Shown: positions 19,051 through 29,538 of the stretch, piece by piece
Numbering within the stretch: position 1 is the stretch's first letter
How the letters are laid out: the number at the start of each line of letters is the position of its first letter
Source of the DNA: Promethearchaeota archaeon
GTDB taxonomy: Archaea > Asgardarchaeota > Hermodarchaeia > Hermodarchaeales > Hermodarchaeaceae
Assembly (NCBI GenBank): GCA_048938295.1
Contig: JBHLMI010000011.1
Span: forward strand, 1,337 to 65,336
DNA: 64,000 bases
Direction: 5' to 3'
Notes under the pieces: model-generated
Told to the model about the DNA's origin: nothing
Seen by the model: the letters and a program-made list of their open reading frames with translations, nothing else
The model's database searches: none
Program-made: the position numbers and the translations under genes

Positions 19051-19082
19051 GATAATTCACTAGACCTAAATTGAATAAATCT

Positions 19083-19114
19083 AAATATATTGGTTTTGTA
19101 CCAAAATATATTGG
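19083..19114. promoter_or_regulatory. direct repeat AAATATATTGG x2 flanking TTTTG-TAC-CAAAA inverted repeat
   Basis: ctAAATATATTGGttttgtaccAAAATATATTGG about 35-65 bp upstream of AbrB-like gene on minus strand. Confidence 0.3.
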
Positions 19115-19266
19115 TATATTATTCTTTGCATCATTGACACATATTGTCGATTCTACGATAGGCGAAACATCGAGTCAAATGTTAATACTCCCGTAAGCTA
19201 AAATCTACTATTGGTGCCTAGTTTCGGGCAAGCAATTTTTCCTAGTGCTATTCGCAATTCTCTATA

Positions 19267-19327
19267 TTTTCGAAGACACAAATGCCTTGTATTGAATTAA
19301 CGATGTGAAAAATAGATTCGTTTCTCG
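19267..19327 (+). repeat. copy of conserved intergenic element
   Basis: TTTTCGAAGACACAAATGCCTTGTATTGAATTAACGATGTGAAAAATAGATTCGTTTCTCG. Confidence 0.6.
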
Positions 19328-19466
19328 TCGCTCAATTGGCTGGTATCGTTGGATTTTCCTCTCCTCTCATCAGGTATTTGTGAAGTTCTAGAAAGTTAGT
19401 ATACTATTTCAAATAGTTATAGGAGAATAGATTCGTAGCTTGTGCATTGAGGAGGTAAATGTCTTC

Positions 19467-20003
19467 ATGATGCCAATTGGGCCATTGATGATTGAACACA
19501 GGTTGATTGAACGGATGATTGGGTTCATGAGAGAGGAATTGGGACGAATTCGAGATACGGCGCGTGTGAATTCACGATTCATAGATACCGCAGTGGATTT
19601 TCTGCGGACTTATGCAGACAGAACCCATCATGGGAAGGAGGAGGATATTCTGTTCCGTGAGCTGTCGAAGAAATCGTTGACAACTAGGCACCAGAAAATA
19701 ATGGACGAACTGGTCGAGGAACATAGAATTGCTCGGAAGACGGTGGGCCGCTTAATTGAAGCGAATACGAAATACATGCAAGGTGACAACACAGCAGTCG
19801 ATGAGATACTTCAGCTTCTTGAGAAACTCGTCAATTTTTACCCCGAACATATCCGGAAGGAGGATAAGAATTTCTTCATTCCGTGTATGGAATATTTTTC
19901 TCAACAGGAACAGCAGGACATGCTAAACGAATTTTGGGAATTCGATCGTAAGATGATTCATGAAAAGTACAAAAAAGTCGTTGAAAACCTTACACTAAAG
20001 TAG
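19467..20003 (+). CDS. hemerythrin-like (HHE cation-binding) domain protein
   Basis: MIEHRLIERM, HHGKEEDILF, EEHRIARK, EHIRKEDKNFF His/Glu motifs; ATG 19467 preceded by gaggaggt (track start TTG 19440). Confidence 0.7.
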   Translation: MMPIGPLMIEHRLIERMIGFMREELGRIRDTARVNSRFIDTAVDFLRTYADRTHHGKEEDILFRELSKKSLTTRHQKIMDELVEEHRIARKTVGRLIEANTKYMQGDNTAVDEILQLLEKLVNFYPEHIRKEDKNFFIPCMEYFSQQEQQDMLNEFWEFDRKMIHEKYKKVVENLTLK

Positions 20004-20036
20004 ACTCTTGGAAATAACTGCACAATGAAAGCGCGC

Positions 20037-21032
20037 TCATAGTTTTGAAATAATGTGATCCTTCAGGATATGAATCGTGTCTAATCCCATTTGTCGAATA
20101 TTTCCCACGAAAGGGAGGCCGATATTGAATACGTCGATATGATCCTTGTATTGACGTAATCGTTCAATAATCCTCTCAGGGGGTCCTGCTAGATCCTGCT
20201 TACAACCCGCCTCGAGAGCCTTCTTCTTAAATTCCTCTGTATATCCCCCTTGAGGCCATTCCTGACGTATCACATCGCGTTTTCGATTTTTAAAATCATC
20301 GTTATCCTCACCGATGACGGCTACCATGAGTCCTGTAGACCATTCTAAATCCTCAAAGTTGCGACCAACCGTTTCACACATTACCCGCATGCGCTCCTTC
20401 TTCTGTGCATAGTCTGCCGCTGTTCCTTTGATATAATCCACTCCGTCTGCATATCTCGCCGCAGTTTCTTCCATCATCGGTGCCTTGAGAGTTTCTGTCC
20501 CCACCCAAATTGGGATGCGAGGGCGTTGAATGGGTTTAGGGAGGAACATCGTTTTCTTGATACTATAGAACTCACCAGCAAAACTCGGTCGTTCTTCGGT
20601 CCATAGCAGATTGATAATTTGGAGCGCCTCCCGCAATTGGAGAATTCGAGTCTTTGGGGAAGGATACGTATATCCGTAGGCTTCGTACTCAGGCTTCTTC
20701 CATCCTGCTCCGATATCGAGGGTGATTCGACCATTGGACGCGTTGTCGAGGTTCGCCACAATCTTCGCAAGAAGCGCAGGATTCCGATAGGATTGACACG
20801 TGACCGACGTTCCAAGGCGAATCCTCGCTGTTTGTGGGGTGAGTAATGCAAGGGTGGTCCACGCCTCATAGCATTGGTTCTCCCGGTCTTCATTCCATCC
20901 AAAGAAATGATCTGATACGGTGAATCGATAGAATCCTGCATCTTCAGCTGCTTTCGCTAGGGTAACGATATCATCGTAAGTATAACCTATATGCGGTTCG
21001 ATGCTAATGCTAATTTTCATTAGGCTCACCAA
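20037..21032 (-). CDS. LLM-class F420-dependent oxidoreductase
   Basis: FTVSDHFFGW and LDIGAGW motifs of luciferase-like monooxygenase family. Confidence 0.8.
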   Translation of the reverse strand: MVSLMKISISIEPHIGYTYDDIVTLAKAAEDAGFYRFTVSDHFFGWNEDRENQCYEAWTTLALLTPQTARIRLGTSVTCQSYRNPALLAKIVANLDNASNGRITLDIGAGWKKPEYEAYGYTYPSPKTRILQLREALQIINLLWTEERPSFAGEFYSIKKTMFLPKPIQRPRIPIWVGTETLKAPMMEETAARYADGVDYIKGTAADYAQKKERMRVMCETVGRNFEDLEWSTGLMVAVIGEDNDDFKNRKRDVIRQEWPQGGYTEEFKKKALEAGCKQDLAGPPERIIERLRQYKDHIDVFNIGLPFVGNIRQMGLDTIHILKDHIISKL

Positions 21033-21294
21033 CTACTACCTTTGAATAAATGGTATTGAATTCTAATGTTCTTCGAAGGGCTTTTACTAGTTGAATTAAA
21101 TTCAAAGACATGTCTGCAATTTCTTCCAAATAGCCTGAAGATTATTTGTTTTGTATATTAAACCTAATGTGAAATGTCACCGCGGATGTCAACAATCCTC
21201 TTCTATACTCCACCTGTGGAGGACTTGCAGGTGGCATAGTGCTTATCTACTTTCCAGCCCTTTTGGAATTCACCGTGATTGTCGGTGATGTGCT

Positions 21295-22023
21295 ATGATC
21301 ACGAGTACAGAAAAGGTGCGTTATGCTGAACTGCTGCCGCACGAATTCTTGAAACGGTTGCACGACAAGCCTGTGGCGTATTTACCCTTGGGGACATTGG
21401 AATGGCACGGCGCGCATCTCCCATTGGGCTCGGATGCTATCCAGAGTGAAGCGTTAATGGTGGCTTGTGCCACGCAATTAGGAGGTATTGTGATGCCTCC
21501 TCTATTTCTCGGACCGGATCAGGCGGTGGTGGGAAAGACTGGGCAAGTCTTCTATGGGATGGATGCCCTCCCTACTTCCTTGCCCCCTCGACAACTGGAA
21601 GGCAGCTGTTACTGGGTGTCTAAAGACTTTTTCAAACAGCTCGTCGATGTCATTCTAGTCCAACTTAAACGAACCGGTTTCCACGCAGTATTTGCTGACG
21701 GGCACGGGCCTTCCCGCTGGTCTTGGGTGCAAGATATCCCAGAGCGTGAAGCGCGCTTGGGCTTAAAGTTGTTCGGCGTCACCGATGACATCAAGCGTGC
21801 TTGGAAATATCAGATTGACCATGCAGGGAAGAACGAAACCTCGATTATGCTGGCGATTCGCCCCGACCTCGTGGACCTATCACAACTACCACAGGACCCA
21901 GCTATTCCTGTTGGACGAATCTTGGGGAAAGACCCACGACGCGCCAAAACGATGTTGGGGTCCAAATATTTGGACACGGCGGTGGAGCTTGTTAAACAAC
22001 AGTTTGTTAAAGCCGGGATATGA
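21295..22023 (+). CDS. creatininase-family amidohydrolase (ArfB/MftE-like)
   Basis: LPLGTLEWHGAHLPLGSDAI metal-binding motif of creatinine amidohydrolase family (PF02633). Confidence 0.8.
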   Translation: MITSTEKVRYAELLPHEFLKRLHDKPVAYLPLGTLEWHGAHLPLGSDAIQSEALMVACATQLGGIVMPPLFLGPDQAVVGKTGQVFYGMDALPTSLPPRQLEGSCYWVSKDFFKQLVDVILVQLKRTGFHAVFADGHGPSRWSWVQDIPEREARLGLKLFGVTDDIKRAWKYQIDHAGKNETSIMLAIRPDLVDLSQLPQDPAIPVGRILGKDPRRAKTMLGSKYLDTAVELVKQQFVKAGI

Positions 22024-22070
22024 ACACGCACCAACAATTATTTTCCTGTAATAAACGCCCCCTCTAAGGA

Positions 22071-22137
22071 TTACGAAGACGCAGGTGCTGTTTTTTCCAA
22101 ATAACGTGAAAGATGATTTGTTTCACATAATCAGGTC
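22071..22137 (+). repeat. copy of conserved intergenic element
   Basis: TTACGAAGACgcaggtgctgttttttccaaATAACGTGAAAGATGATTTGTTTCACATAATC; perfect GTGAAA/TTTCAC stem. Confidence 0.65.
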
Positions 22138-22208
22138 TATACCTTAGATAATGAATAGGCATGAATTCGCCAAATTAAGGTTAAATTTGTAAAATCTTTG
22201 AATTGTTG

Positions 22209-22655
22209 CTAGATCACATAGAAGTACACATAGAATGTTAGACCGAAAAGGAATGCTAAGAACCAGATTGTGATTTGAATTCGCATCTGGGTACGCCTTC
22301 CACAGACTAGGGGTTTTTTGCTCGTAGCAAAGTATAGAAATCGAATCGTAAAGATGAGACCAATGATTAGCGCTGTGGAGCCAAAGAATACATGAACTAA
22401 TGTTACTAGTGAGCCCATACTCGTGGGAAATAGAATAAGGACAGGTAGGTTGATGGCTAATGATGGCTCCATAATGAGGAGCACTGTAACCAGCATCGAA
22501 AGTGTAGCAATGCCCATGATAGTACCATGATACTTCAAAGTTCGCTTTTGAAAAACACCGATGGTCAAGAGAAGTATGAGAACGATTTGGATTATGAGAT
22601 TTATATCAAAAATTAATTGTGCAGTTGAACCAAAGAGCACCATCTGAATCACCAA
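22209..22655 (-). CDS. hypothetical membrane protein (4 TM)
   Basis: 148 aa, hydrophobic segments; downstream of radical SAM gene. Confidence 0.5.
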   Translation of the reverse strand: MVIQMVLFGSTAQLIFDINLIIQIVLILLLTIGVFQKRTLKYHGTIMGIATLSMLVTVLLIMEPSLAINLPVLILFPTSMGSLVTLVHVFFGSTALIIGLIFTIRFLYFATSKKPLVCGRRTQMRIQITIWFLAFLFGLTFYVYFYVI

Positions 22656-22693
22656 GAATTTCTAGGTTCGCATAGCAGTTAAAGCTATGTTTT

Positions 22694-24046
22694 TCATCTT
22701 ATCAGCTTCAGAGCGTAATTCGAGAAGCGCTCTGCTACTTTGGCAGTTGCTTTTCCCAGAGCGCCATTTTTTCGAAGGCGATGTTGAACTAAACCAGCAT
22801 ACATGGCGAGACGTAATTTGTTCTCCGAAAACGCGCTTTTAAAAAGAAGGTCATGGCGGTTCGCAGATCCACGTTGTTTTCGCCAATCTGGTACAGTAAT
22901 TTGGTTTTGTACTCGAGAATATAATCCCGTGCCAAAAATCGGGTAAGGAAAGGAATACGACAAATAATCAAGAGGAAGTTTTGAAGAGAAATTGAGTGTA
23001 TCAAGGAGGGTTTCATTTGTTTCTCCAGGATAACCTAGAATGAAGAATCCGCCGGTTTCAATGCCTGCTTGTTGGGCATTTTCTACAGCACGACGGACTT
23101 GCTCGAGGGTTATTCGTTTTCCGATGATATTTAGAATGCTTTGATTGCCTGATTCAATACCAAAGAAGATACGTCGACATCCTGCTTTTTGCATCTGTGT
23201 TGCTAATGTTTTAGAGAGATGATCAGCGCGACTGAGACACATCCACTCTATATTCTGTTTATCGCGAATCAGGATTTCGCAGATTTCGGCAACACGGTGT
23301 GGGTTTTGTGTAAAACAATCATCAGTGAAGAAAACACGGTCATACCCCAAATTGCGAATCAGGACCATTTCTTCAACCACATTTTTTGCTGAACGTTCTC
23401 GATAACTTTGACCAAAAACAGGGTTACTGCAAAAATCACACAGGTACGGGCATCCCCTGGTGGAAATCATACTCGATGCAGTATAATGATGGAATGTGCG
23501 CCAATACCATTTATACTGAGAATTGGGAAACAAATCGCGCGCAGGGAGAGGAATCGAATCGAGCGGTTTGATAAATCGCCGACGAGGTTTGACTTTGATT
23601 CGACCGCCATTTCCTTTATAAGCAATTCCGCTCGTACGCGTCCAAGAAGTATGCTGGAAATGACGCCGAACTAATTCCAAGACGGTTTCTTCTCCTTCTC
23701 CTAATACTACGATATCAAAGATGTCGAGGAATTCTTCTGGTACTAGCGAGGGTAGAGGACCACCAGCTACCATGAGTTCGACACTGGAACGGAATTTTTG
23801 GGCAATCATAATTGCATGGTGATTGATAGTGACCATCGAGTAAATTCCCAGAATTCGTGGTTGAAGCTGTTCAATTCGCCGTAGCGCAGTGTCAAAATGT
23901 AGGAAAGTACAATCGACAAGATCAACGGAAAAACCAGCGATGCGAAGAATTGAAGCTAGATAGCCGAGACCCAAGGGTGGATACCGGAAAATTGAGCGGT
24001 CTAATTCTTCGTTGAAATAAGGATAGACGAGTACAATGTCAGTCAC
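22694..24046 (-). CDS. B12-binding-domain radical SAM protein
   Basis: N-terminal cobalamin-binding-like domain (VLVYPYF...) then TRGCPYLCDFCS Cx3Cx2C radical SAM cluster motif; start ambiguous (TTG at 24145 in track; GTG at 24046 abuts stop of upstream ORF). Confidence 0.8.
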   Translation of the reverse strand: MTDIVLVYPYFNEELDRSIFRYPPLGLGYLASILRIAGFSVDLVDCTFLHFDTALRRIEQLQPRILGIYSMVTINHHAIMIAQKFRSSVELMVAGGPLPSLVPEEFLDIFDIVVLGEGEETVLELVRRHFQHTSWTRTSGIAYKGNGGRIKVKPRRRFIKPLDSIPLPARDLFPNSQYKWYWRTFHHYTASSMISTRGCPYLCDFCSNPVFGQSYRERSAKNVVEEMVLIRNLGYDRVFFTDDCFTQNPHRVAEICEILIRDKQNIEWMCLSRADHLSKTLATQMQKAGCRRIFFGIESGNQSILNIIGKRITLEQVRRAVENAQQAGIETGGFFILGYPGETNETLLDTLNFSSKLPLDYLSYSFPYPIFGTGLYSRVQNQITVPDWRKQRGSANRHDLLFKSAFSENKLRLAMYAGLVQHRLRKNGALGKATAKVAERFSNYALKLIR

Positions 24047-24048
24047 CG

Positions 24049-24897
24049 CTACTGACCCTCCAGAATCCGTTGCAAGGTTCCAAATTGAACCTCGTATTTG
24101 CAAATTCTTGTTGATCTGGGTAATTGCAAAATTATACCCGACCAAAAGATTTCAGGTTCTTCAAGGACTTCTCGTCCTCGATATGCCCGCCCTTCCGCTG
24201 GTATTTCGACGCGGAACCCCAAGTTGAGTCGAGGCGCATAAAAAGCAGCCCATGAACTCTTGATTTTAGCCCACGGTTCAATCTGTTGTTGGTCGAGATA
24301 GGTTCCGGATGCATCATAGTATTGGGTAAAATGGTGTCCTCCAAGTTCGTTGGCAATGTAAATGGATTGAAGCGTATTTCGCACTATAGAATCGAAACTT
24401 AATTTAATCTTTAATTTTTGATTATCCTGGGTGACGAAATACTGTGATTGACTCTCTCCCCGGCTTTTCACAGGAATGAAAAATTGAGGTGCAAATTGCT
24501 TTCCATGTCTCGGGAAGTCCCATTGAGAAAGCCAAGTGATGAATTTGAGGAATTGCCGACCTGTTTTCATCTTGTATATTTGATTATGCGCACGAGGGAG
24601 TATCCATGAAAACGCCTTGATTGAATTACTAGAAGTGGGTTGCTTTCGTTCAATTAAATTAAAGCTAAACTTCTTCATCCAGTAGTTCTTCTTGGTTTCT
24701 TCTCTGCGTGAAACAGTTGAGGTGCCAGGAAAATAGAAATCACGGCGATATTGAAGAATTGGTGTCCCGAAACCAAGTCCTTCTCCACATAAATCTAATC
24801 CTCCATCCTGAAGGGCAGGAATGAGCCCTTTTTGAATTGGAGCGGATTTTCCTTGGTGGGGTTCTGGGCAATCAGATATATTGAATGAGAGCAACAA
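24049..24897 (-). CDS. hypothetical protein, translationally coupled to radical SAM gene
   Basis: 282-aa ORF, TTG start in track; no recognisable motif. Confidence 0.45.
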   Translation of the reverse strand: MLLSFNISDCPEPHQGKSAPIQKGLIPALQDGGLDLCGEGLGFGTPILQYRRDFYFPGTSTVSRREETKKNYWMKKFSFNLIERKQPTSSNSIKAFSWILPRAHNQIYKMKTGRQFLKFITWLSQWDFPRHGKQFAPQFFIPVKSRGESQSQYFVTQDNQKLKIKLSFDSIVRNTLQSIYIANELGGHHFTQYYDASGTYLDQQQIEPWAKIKSSWAAFYAPRLNLGFRVEIPAEGRAYRGREVLEEPEIFWSGIILQLPRSTRICKYEVQFGTLQRILEGQ

Positions 24898-24979
24898 CGG
24901 GAACCTCCGCTATACGTGCGCTATTATTGGGGTTTTGTGTTTTAACTGGCTTTCTTTATTCTGAAAATGATTTTTGATA

Positions 24980-25035
24980 TCGTTTCTGATGTTTATAATT
25001 GCTCAACGATGTGAAAGATAGATTTGTTTCGCGTT
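24980..25035 (+). repeat. copy of conserved intergenic element (box2 perfect, box1 degenerate)
   Basis: CGTTTCTGATGtttataattgctCAACGATGTGAAAGATAGATTTGTTTCGCG. Confidence 0.6.
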
Positions 25036-25126
25036 AAAGGATCGATCTTTACGCATTTGAAACTAAATAAGGATATAAGACTTCTAAAAGGAGTTTTGAC
25101 AGAAGTTTCGGTCACTTGAATCACTA

Positions 25127-25345
25127 TCATGCTTGGCCTTGCTGTTGTTCTTTCAGGAGGATAAACAAAACAATGCCAATGGTTGCACTAATTACAATGA
25201 CAAAAAGCACGATCCCAAGCCATATCATGGGCATTCCGTAGAAGAACATGAAGGGAAACATGTGGCTCCACATGTCAGGGTCTCCCTGTCCCCAATCCCA
25301 GTCAAGGGTCATCATGAGGGGTACGATTATATTTAATAGCTCCAT
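25127..25345 (-). CDS. small hydrophobic protein
   Basis: 72 aa, 2 TM, divergent from copB. Confidence 0.35.
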   Translation of the reverse strand: MELLNIIVPLMMTLDWDWGQGDPDMWSHMFPFMFFYGMPMIWLGIVLFVIVISATIGIVLFILLKEQQQGQA

Positions 25346-25549
25346 TTTTTATCACATCTTTTTGATCGAGATCTTTGTGTAGGTTTTGTGTTAGGATGTA
25401 GATCAGAAGTCTAACTTTCGGTTAATGAATCTTGTAGATTGGATAATCGATTTTAAACTTATCGGATTAGATATATCGGAATAGATATATAATGTGGAAT
25501 TTAAGTTCGAACAACACACAAAAAAAGAAGACTAATTGGACGTGGCGCT

Positions 25550-27592
25550 ATGAACCAAGACACAGAACACATGACAGGCAATCATTCGCCGCATCATGCG
25601 GCGATTAAACACAACTCCCACGATGGAGTTTCTCATCACGAAATGATGATACGTGACTATCGGAAAAGGTTCATCGTTTCAATGATACTGACAGCGCCGA
25701 TAGTCTTGCTGTCCCCCTTAATTCAGACCCTATTAGGATTAACAGCGTTCCTCTCATTTCCAGGATACACGCTGGTTCTATTTGGCCTATCGACAATAGT
25801 TTATTTCTTTGGCGGCTATCCCTTCCTGAAAGGATTAGTCCAAGAAATCAGAAAACGCCAATTGGGAATGATGACCTTGGTGGCGGTTGCGATAACCGTT
25901 GCATATGGCTATAGTAGCGCTGTGGTTTTTGGGTTACCGGGCACGTTGTTCTTTTGGGAACTAGCCACGTTGATCGACGTGATGCTCTTTGGACATTGGA
26001 TGGAAATGCGATCCATCATAGGGGCATCACGGGCGTTGGAGGAATTGGTGAGATTACTTCCCGCTACAGCATTTCTTCTCTTACCTAATGGAGAGGTAAA
26101 AGAGGTGCCAACCACTGACCTACAACGAGGAGATCGGGTTCTTATCAAACCAGGAGAACGAATCCCCTCCGATGGTACCATCCTGGAAGGTGAAAGTAGC
26201 ATGAATGAGGCCTTCATCACAGGCGAATCGCTTCCTGTGGAGAAGAAACCCGACGACACGGTGATTGGAGGTGCAATTAACGGGGATGGAACGCTCACCA
26301 TGGAAATCACAAAGGTGGGAAAGGAGACATATCTGTCACAAGTAATTGAGTTGGTGCGAGAAGCCCAGACAAGTCGTTCACGAACTCAGGACGTGGCAAA
26401 TCGGGCAGCGTTCTTCCTTACCGTCATTGCCTTATCAGTTGGAGCCCTCACGCTATTTGCTTGGGTTGCGTTAGGCCAAGGAATAGCATTCGGAATTGAA
26501 CGAAGCGTCACCGTAATGGTGATCACCTGCCCCCATGCACTTGGATTGGCTGTTCCATTGGTCGTGGCGGTTTCAACCTCAATTTCAGCACAGAATGGGT
26601 TATTGATAAGAGATCGTGTCGCATTTGAACGCGCTCGTAAATTAGATGCGATTATTTTTGATAAAACGGGTACACTAACTGAAGGTCAATTTTCAGTAAC
26701 TGATGTCGTGTCTTTAGCTGATCTGAACGATGAAACTGTACTCCAATTAGCAGCATCCTTGGAGACATTATCTGAACATCCTATCGCCCAAGGCATCGTA
26801 CGCGGAGCCAATGAACGAAATCTTACTCTCACCACAGCACACAATTTTCAAGCTATTCCCGGAAAAGGAGCCAAGGGACAAGTTGATGCCAAGCAGATCA
26901 AAGTCGTTAGCCCTGGATACCTGAAAGAAAAAGATCTGCTCCCAGAGAATGAAACAATCGAACGGCTCGCCCAACATGGCAAAACTATTGTCTATGTGCT
27001 CGTTGATGATCAGTTGCAAGGCGCCCTTGCATTAGCAGATGTGATTAGGAAAGAATCCAAGACTGCAATTGCCACACTAAAACGTATGGGCATTCAGAGC
27101 ATGATGTTGACCGGAGATAATCAGCATGTTGCGCAATGGGTCGCCGATGAATTGGGGCTAGATGATTATTTTGCTGAAGTTTTACCCCATGAAAAAGCGG
27201 CGAAGATTCGTGAAGTACAAGATCGAGGATTAACAGTGGCAATGGTGGGGGACGGCATTAACGATGCCCCTGCTCTTGCCCAAGCAGATGTGGGCATCGC
27301 TATTGGGGCTGGAACCGATGTTGCCATCGAAGCTGCAGATATCGTACTCGTCCGCAATGATCCTCAGGACGCTGTAGCCATTCTTGGCCTCTCTCGAGCT
27401 ACATACAAAAAAATGGTACAAAATCTATTATGGGCCACAGGTTACAACGCGATTGCGATTCCGTTGGCAGCAGGATTACTCCTCCCGCTGGGAATTCTCT
27501 TAAGTCCTGCAATTGGGGCTGCGCTAATGTCTATAAGTACCATCATTGTGGCCGTCAATGCCCGCTTCTTATCAATAAAAGGTGAATCATGA
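25550..27592 (+). CDS. copB: P1B-3-type copper-exporting P-type ATPase (CopB-like)
   Basis: His-rich N-terminus (HSPHHAAIKHNSHDGVSHHE), CPH transmembrane metal motif (VITCPHALGLA), DKTGTLT, GDGINDAPAL. Confidence 0.9.
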   Translation: MNQDTEHMTGNHSPHHAAIKHNSHDGVSHHEMMIRDYRKRFIVSMILTAPIVLLSPLIQTLLGLTAFLSFPGYTLVLFGLSTIVYFFGGYPFLKGLVQEIRKRQLGMMTLVAVAITVAYGYSSAVVFGLPGTLFFWELATLIDVMLFGHWMEMRSIIGASRALEELVRLLPATAFLLLPNGEVKEVPTTDLQRGDRVLIKPGERIPSDGTILEGESSMNEAFITGESLPVEKKPDDTVIGGAINGDGTLTMEITKVGKETYLSQVIELVREAQTSRSRTQDVANRAAFFLTVIALSVGALTLFAWVALGQGIAFGIERSVTVMVITCPHALGLAVPLVVAVSTSISAQNGLLIRDRVAFERARKLDAIIFDKTGTLTEGQFSVTDVVSLADLNDETVLQLAASLETLSEHPIAQGIVRGANERNLTLTTAHNFQAIPGKGAKGQVDAKQIKVVSPGYLKEKDLLPENETIERLAQHGKTIVYVLVDDQLQGALALADVIRKESKTAIATLKRMGIQSMMLTGDNQHVAQWVADELGLDDYFAEVLPHEKAAKIREVQDRGLTVAMVGDGINDAPALAQADVGIAIGAGTDVAIEAADIVLVRNDPQDAVAILGLSRATYKKMVQNLLWATGYNAIAIPLAAGLLLPLGILLSPAIGAALMSISTIIVAVNARFLSIKGES

Positions 27593-27773
27593 TAATTGGC
27601 GTGAAGACTTTATAGAAACACATTTCTCACCAAAGCAAAGAATCGAAGGACTAGTGTTTAGTGAGATGGTGTATCGTTATTTCAGAAACTTTATAATTTA
27701 AGCAAGCCTAAATTTTATTGTTTAGGCGCACCTAAAAAACAGTGTTGCCAAAGGAAACGGATGTTGAACTCAT

Positions 27774-28616
27774 ATGATTGCCGGGTTTGTCATTGCCCTT
27801 CGTGAAGGCCTTGAAGCCGCTCTAATTGTTGGAATTGTCTTAGCCTTTCTTGCTCGAACTGGTGGCTCTCAAAGGTATTGGCAAGTATTTGCCGGGATGA
27901 TCTCCGCAATCATCGTTAGTATAGCCTTAGCCTTCGGATTTCAGTGGTTAGCTGGCGGATTTAGTGGACCTAGTGCCCAAATCTTTGAAGGAATTACTAC
28001 TTTGATTGCCGCTGGTTTGCTGGTCACAATGATTGTGTGGATGGACCGCAAGGGACCGTCCCTTCAAATGGAACTCGAAAAAAAAACCGCCGCAACAATG
28101 ACAGCCACGCTAGGAATCTTCTTTATTGTTTTCATCGCCGTGCTTCGAGAAGGTGTTGAGACCGTGCTGTTTCTCTCCGTGCTCCCCCTTAATGAAGGCG
28201 CAATTTGGCTTGGTGTCCTCCTAGGCTTCGCGGTGGCAATTGGTATTGCCTACATCTATTTTGCTAGTGCAAAACAACTCAGTCTCCAAACCTTCTTTCG
28301 GATCACCAGTATCTTTCTCATTTTTTTTGCTGCCGGAATGATTGCTTATGGCATTCATGAATTACAAGAAGCTGGAGTCGTTCCGATTCTCGTTGAGCAT
28401 GTGTGGGATATTAACCTTATACTCCCTGAAAACAGCCCACTCGGATTGGTATTAAAAGGACTTGTAGGATATAATGGAAACCCATCACTGATCGAGGTCA
28501 CTGCTTACCTGACAGCCCTAACAGCATTGTTAGTCTATTTTGCCCGACATTATCAGTTAAAACCACCACCCAATCATCTCGAAACTACACACGCGAGTTT
28601 TACACCAGAAGTCTAA
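27774..28616 (+). CDS. FTR1/EfeU-family iron permease
   Basis: Two REGLE-type motifs (ALREGLEAAL and VLREGVETVLFL), 7 TM. Confidence 0.8.
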   Translation: MIAGFVIALREGLEAALIVGIVLAFLARTGGSQRYWQVFAGMISAIIVSIALAFGFQWLAGGFSGPSAQIFEGITTLIAAGLLVTMIVWMDRKGPSLQMELEKKTAATMTATLGIFFIVFIAVLREGVETVLFLSVLPLNEGAIWLGVLLGFAVAIGIAYIYFASAKQLSLQTFFRITSIFLIFFAAGMIAYGIHELQEAGVVPILVEHVWDINLILPENSPLGLVLKGLVGYNGNPSLIEVTAYLTALTALLVYFARHYQLKPPPNHLETTHASFTPEV

Positions 28617-28845
28617 CCTGAGTTATATCAGTCGAGTTGAACAGATGTTATCGGCAAACCTGAATTTAATTCGAAGACTAAATTTCCATTTTAGCTGATA
28701 GCACTTCGTAAGAAACTCAACACCATCAAAGACACCATCCACAAACTCGTCAACCCCTCCTCTACTCTGAAGTCTTTGCGCCATCATCAATGCGCCATCT
28801 GCATGAAAACCGAATAGTATAATGATTTCAATCGGTGGTGGTTGA

Positions 28846-29436
28846 CTAGGGTAGTAGACTTCCGATGAGCACAAGTACACCTGCAATGATGAAGGCCGCT
28901 GCGGCGATATAGGTGATGGTTGTTGAACTTAGGTATTTGCGGGCACGATCACCTACAAAGACGCCAATACCATTCACGAGTGCAAGAGCAAAGAATCCGG
29001 CGACGAAGACGAGAAGCAGTTGCCCTGTGGTTGCAGCAATAAGAATTATGATTAATTGAGTTTTGTCACCTAACTCTGCCAAGAACAAGAGAATAAACGC
29101 ACGCACCCAAACACGTGTTCCATGAGTCTTGGTCTTCTCTTCATCAGGGTCATTGCGTCTTACTCTGTAGATGCTAAAAATGCCAAGAATAATAAACACA
29201 AGTCCGGCGATGAGTTGAATCAGCGTAAGCGGTACAAAGAGCCCAATAAGAGAACCCACAAGGACGCCGAGTGCCGTCACTGTGAATAAGCCGCCTAATA
29301 CTCCAAGATATACTTGGGCAGGTTTTCCTGTTTCAGCCGCGAGGGCGAAGGTGACAAGTTGTGTCTTATCCGCTAGTTCAGCAAGAAGAACCAATGCAAA
29401 TACGATAAAAAACAACTGTACTAACACGAGAACCAC
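28846..29436 (-). CDS. GDT1/TMEM165 (UPF0016) family cation transporter
   Basis: Duplicated E-x-G-D-K-T motifs (ELADKTQL and ELGDKTQL). Confidence 0.8.
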   Translation of the reverse strand: MVLVLVQLFFIVFALVLLAELADKTQLVTFALAAETGKPAQVYLGVLGGLFTVTALGVLVGSLIGLFVPLTLIQLIAGLVFIILGIFSIYRVRRNDPDEEKTKTHGTRVWVRAFILLFLAELGDKTQLIIILIAATTGQLLLVFVAGFFALALVNGIGVFVGDRARKYLSSTTITYIAAAAFIIAGVLVLIGSLLP

Positions 29437-29538
29437 AGGTCAAAACTGCTTGGTGAAGATTGGCTGAATAGCATTATAGCATCCTAAAGAGTGTGACGCT
29501 GTACTAAAGTTCGAGCTGACATGAGCAATAGCCGAAAA

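Noticed and set aside
27700-27740. Stem-loop GCCTAAA-ttttattg-TTTAGGC between copB and the FTR1 gene
   Set aside because: No adjacent T-tract on the relevant strand; could be a weak terminator or attenuator, but evidence is insufficient.
28623-28886. 87-aa ORF on minus strand
   Set aside because: Overlaps the start of the GDT1-family gene and the FTR1 downstream region; no motif; probably spurious.
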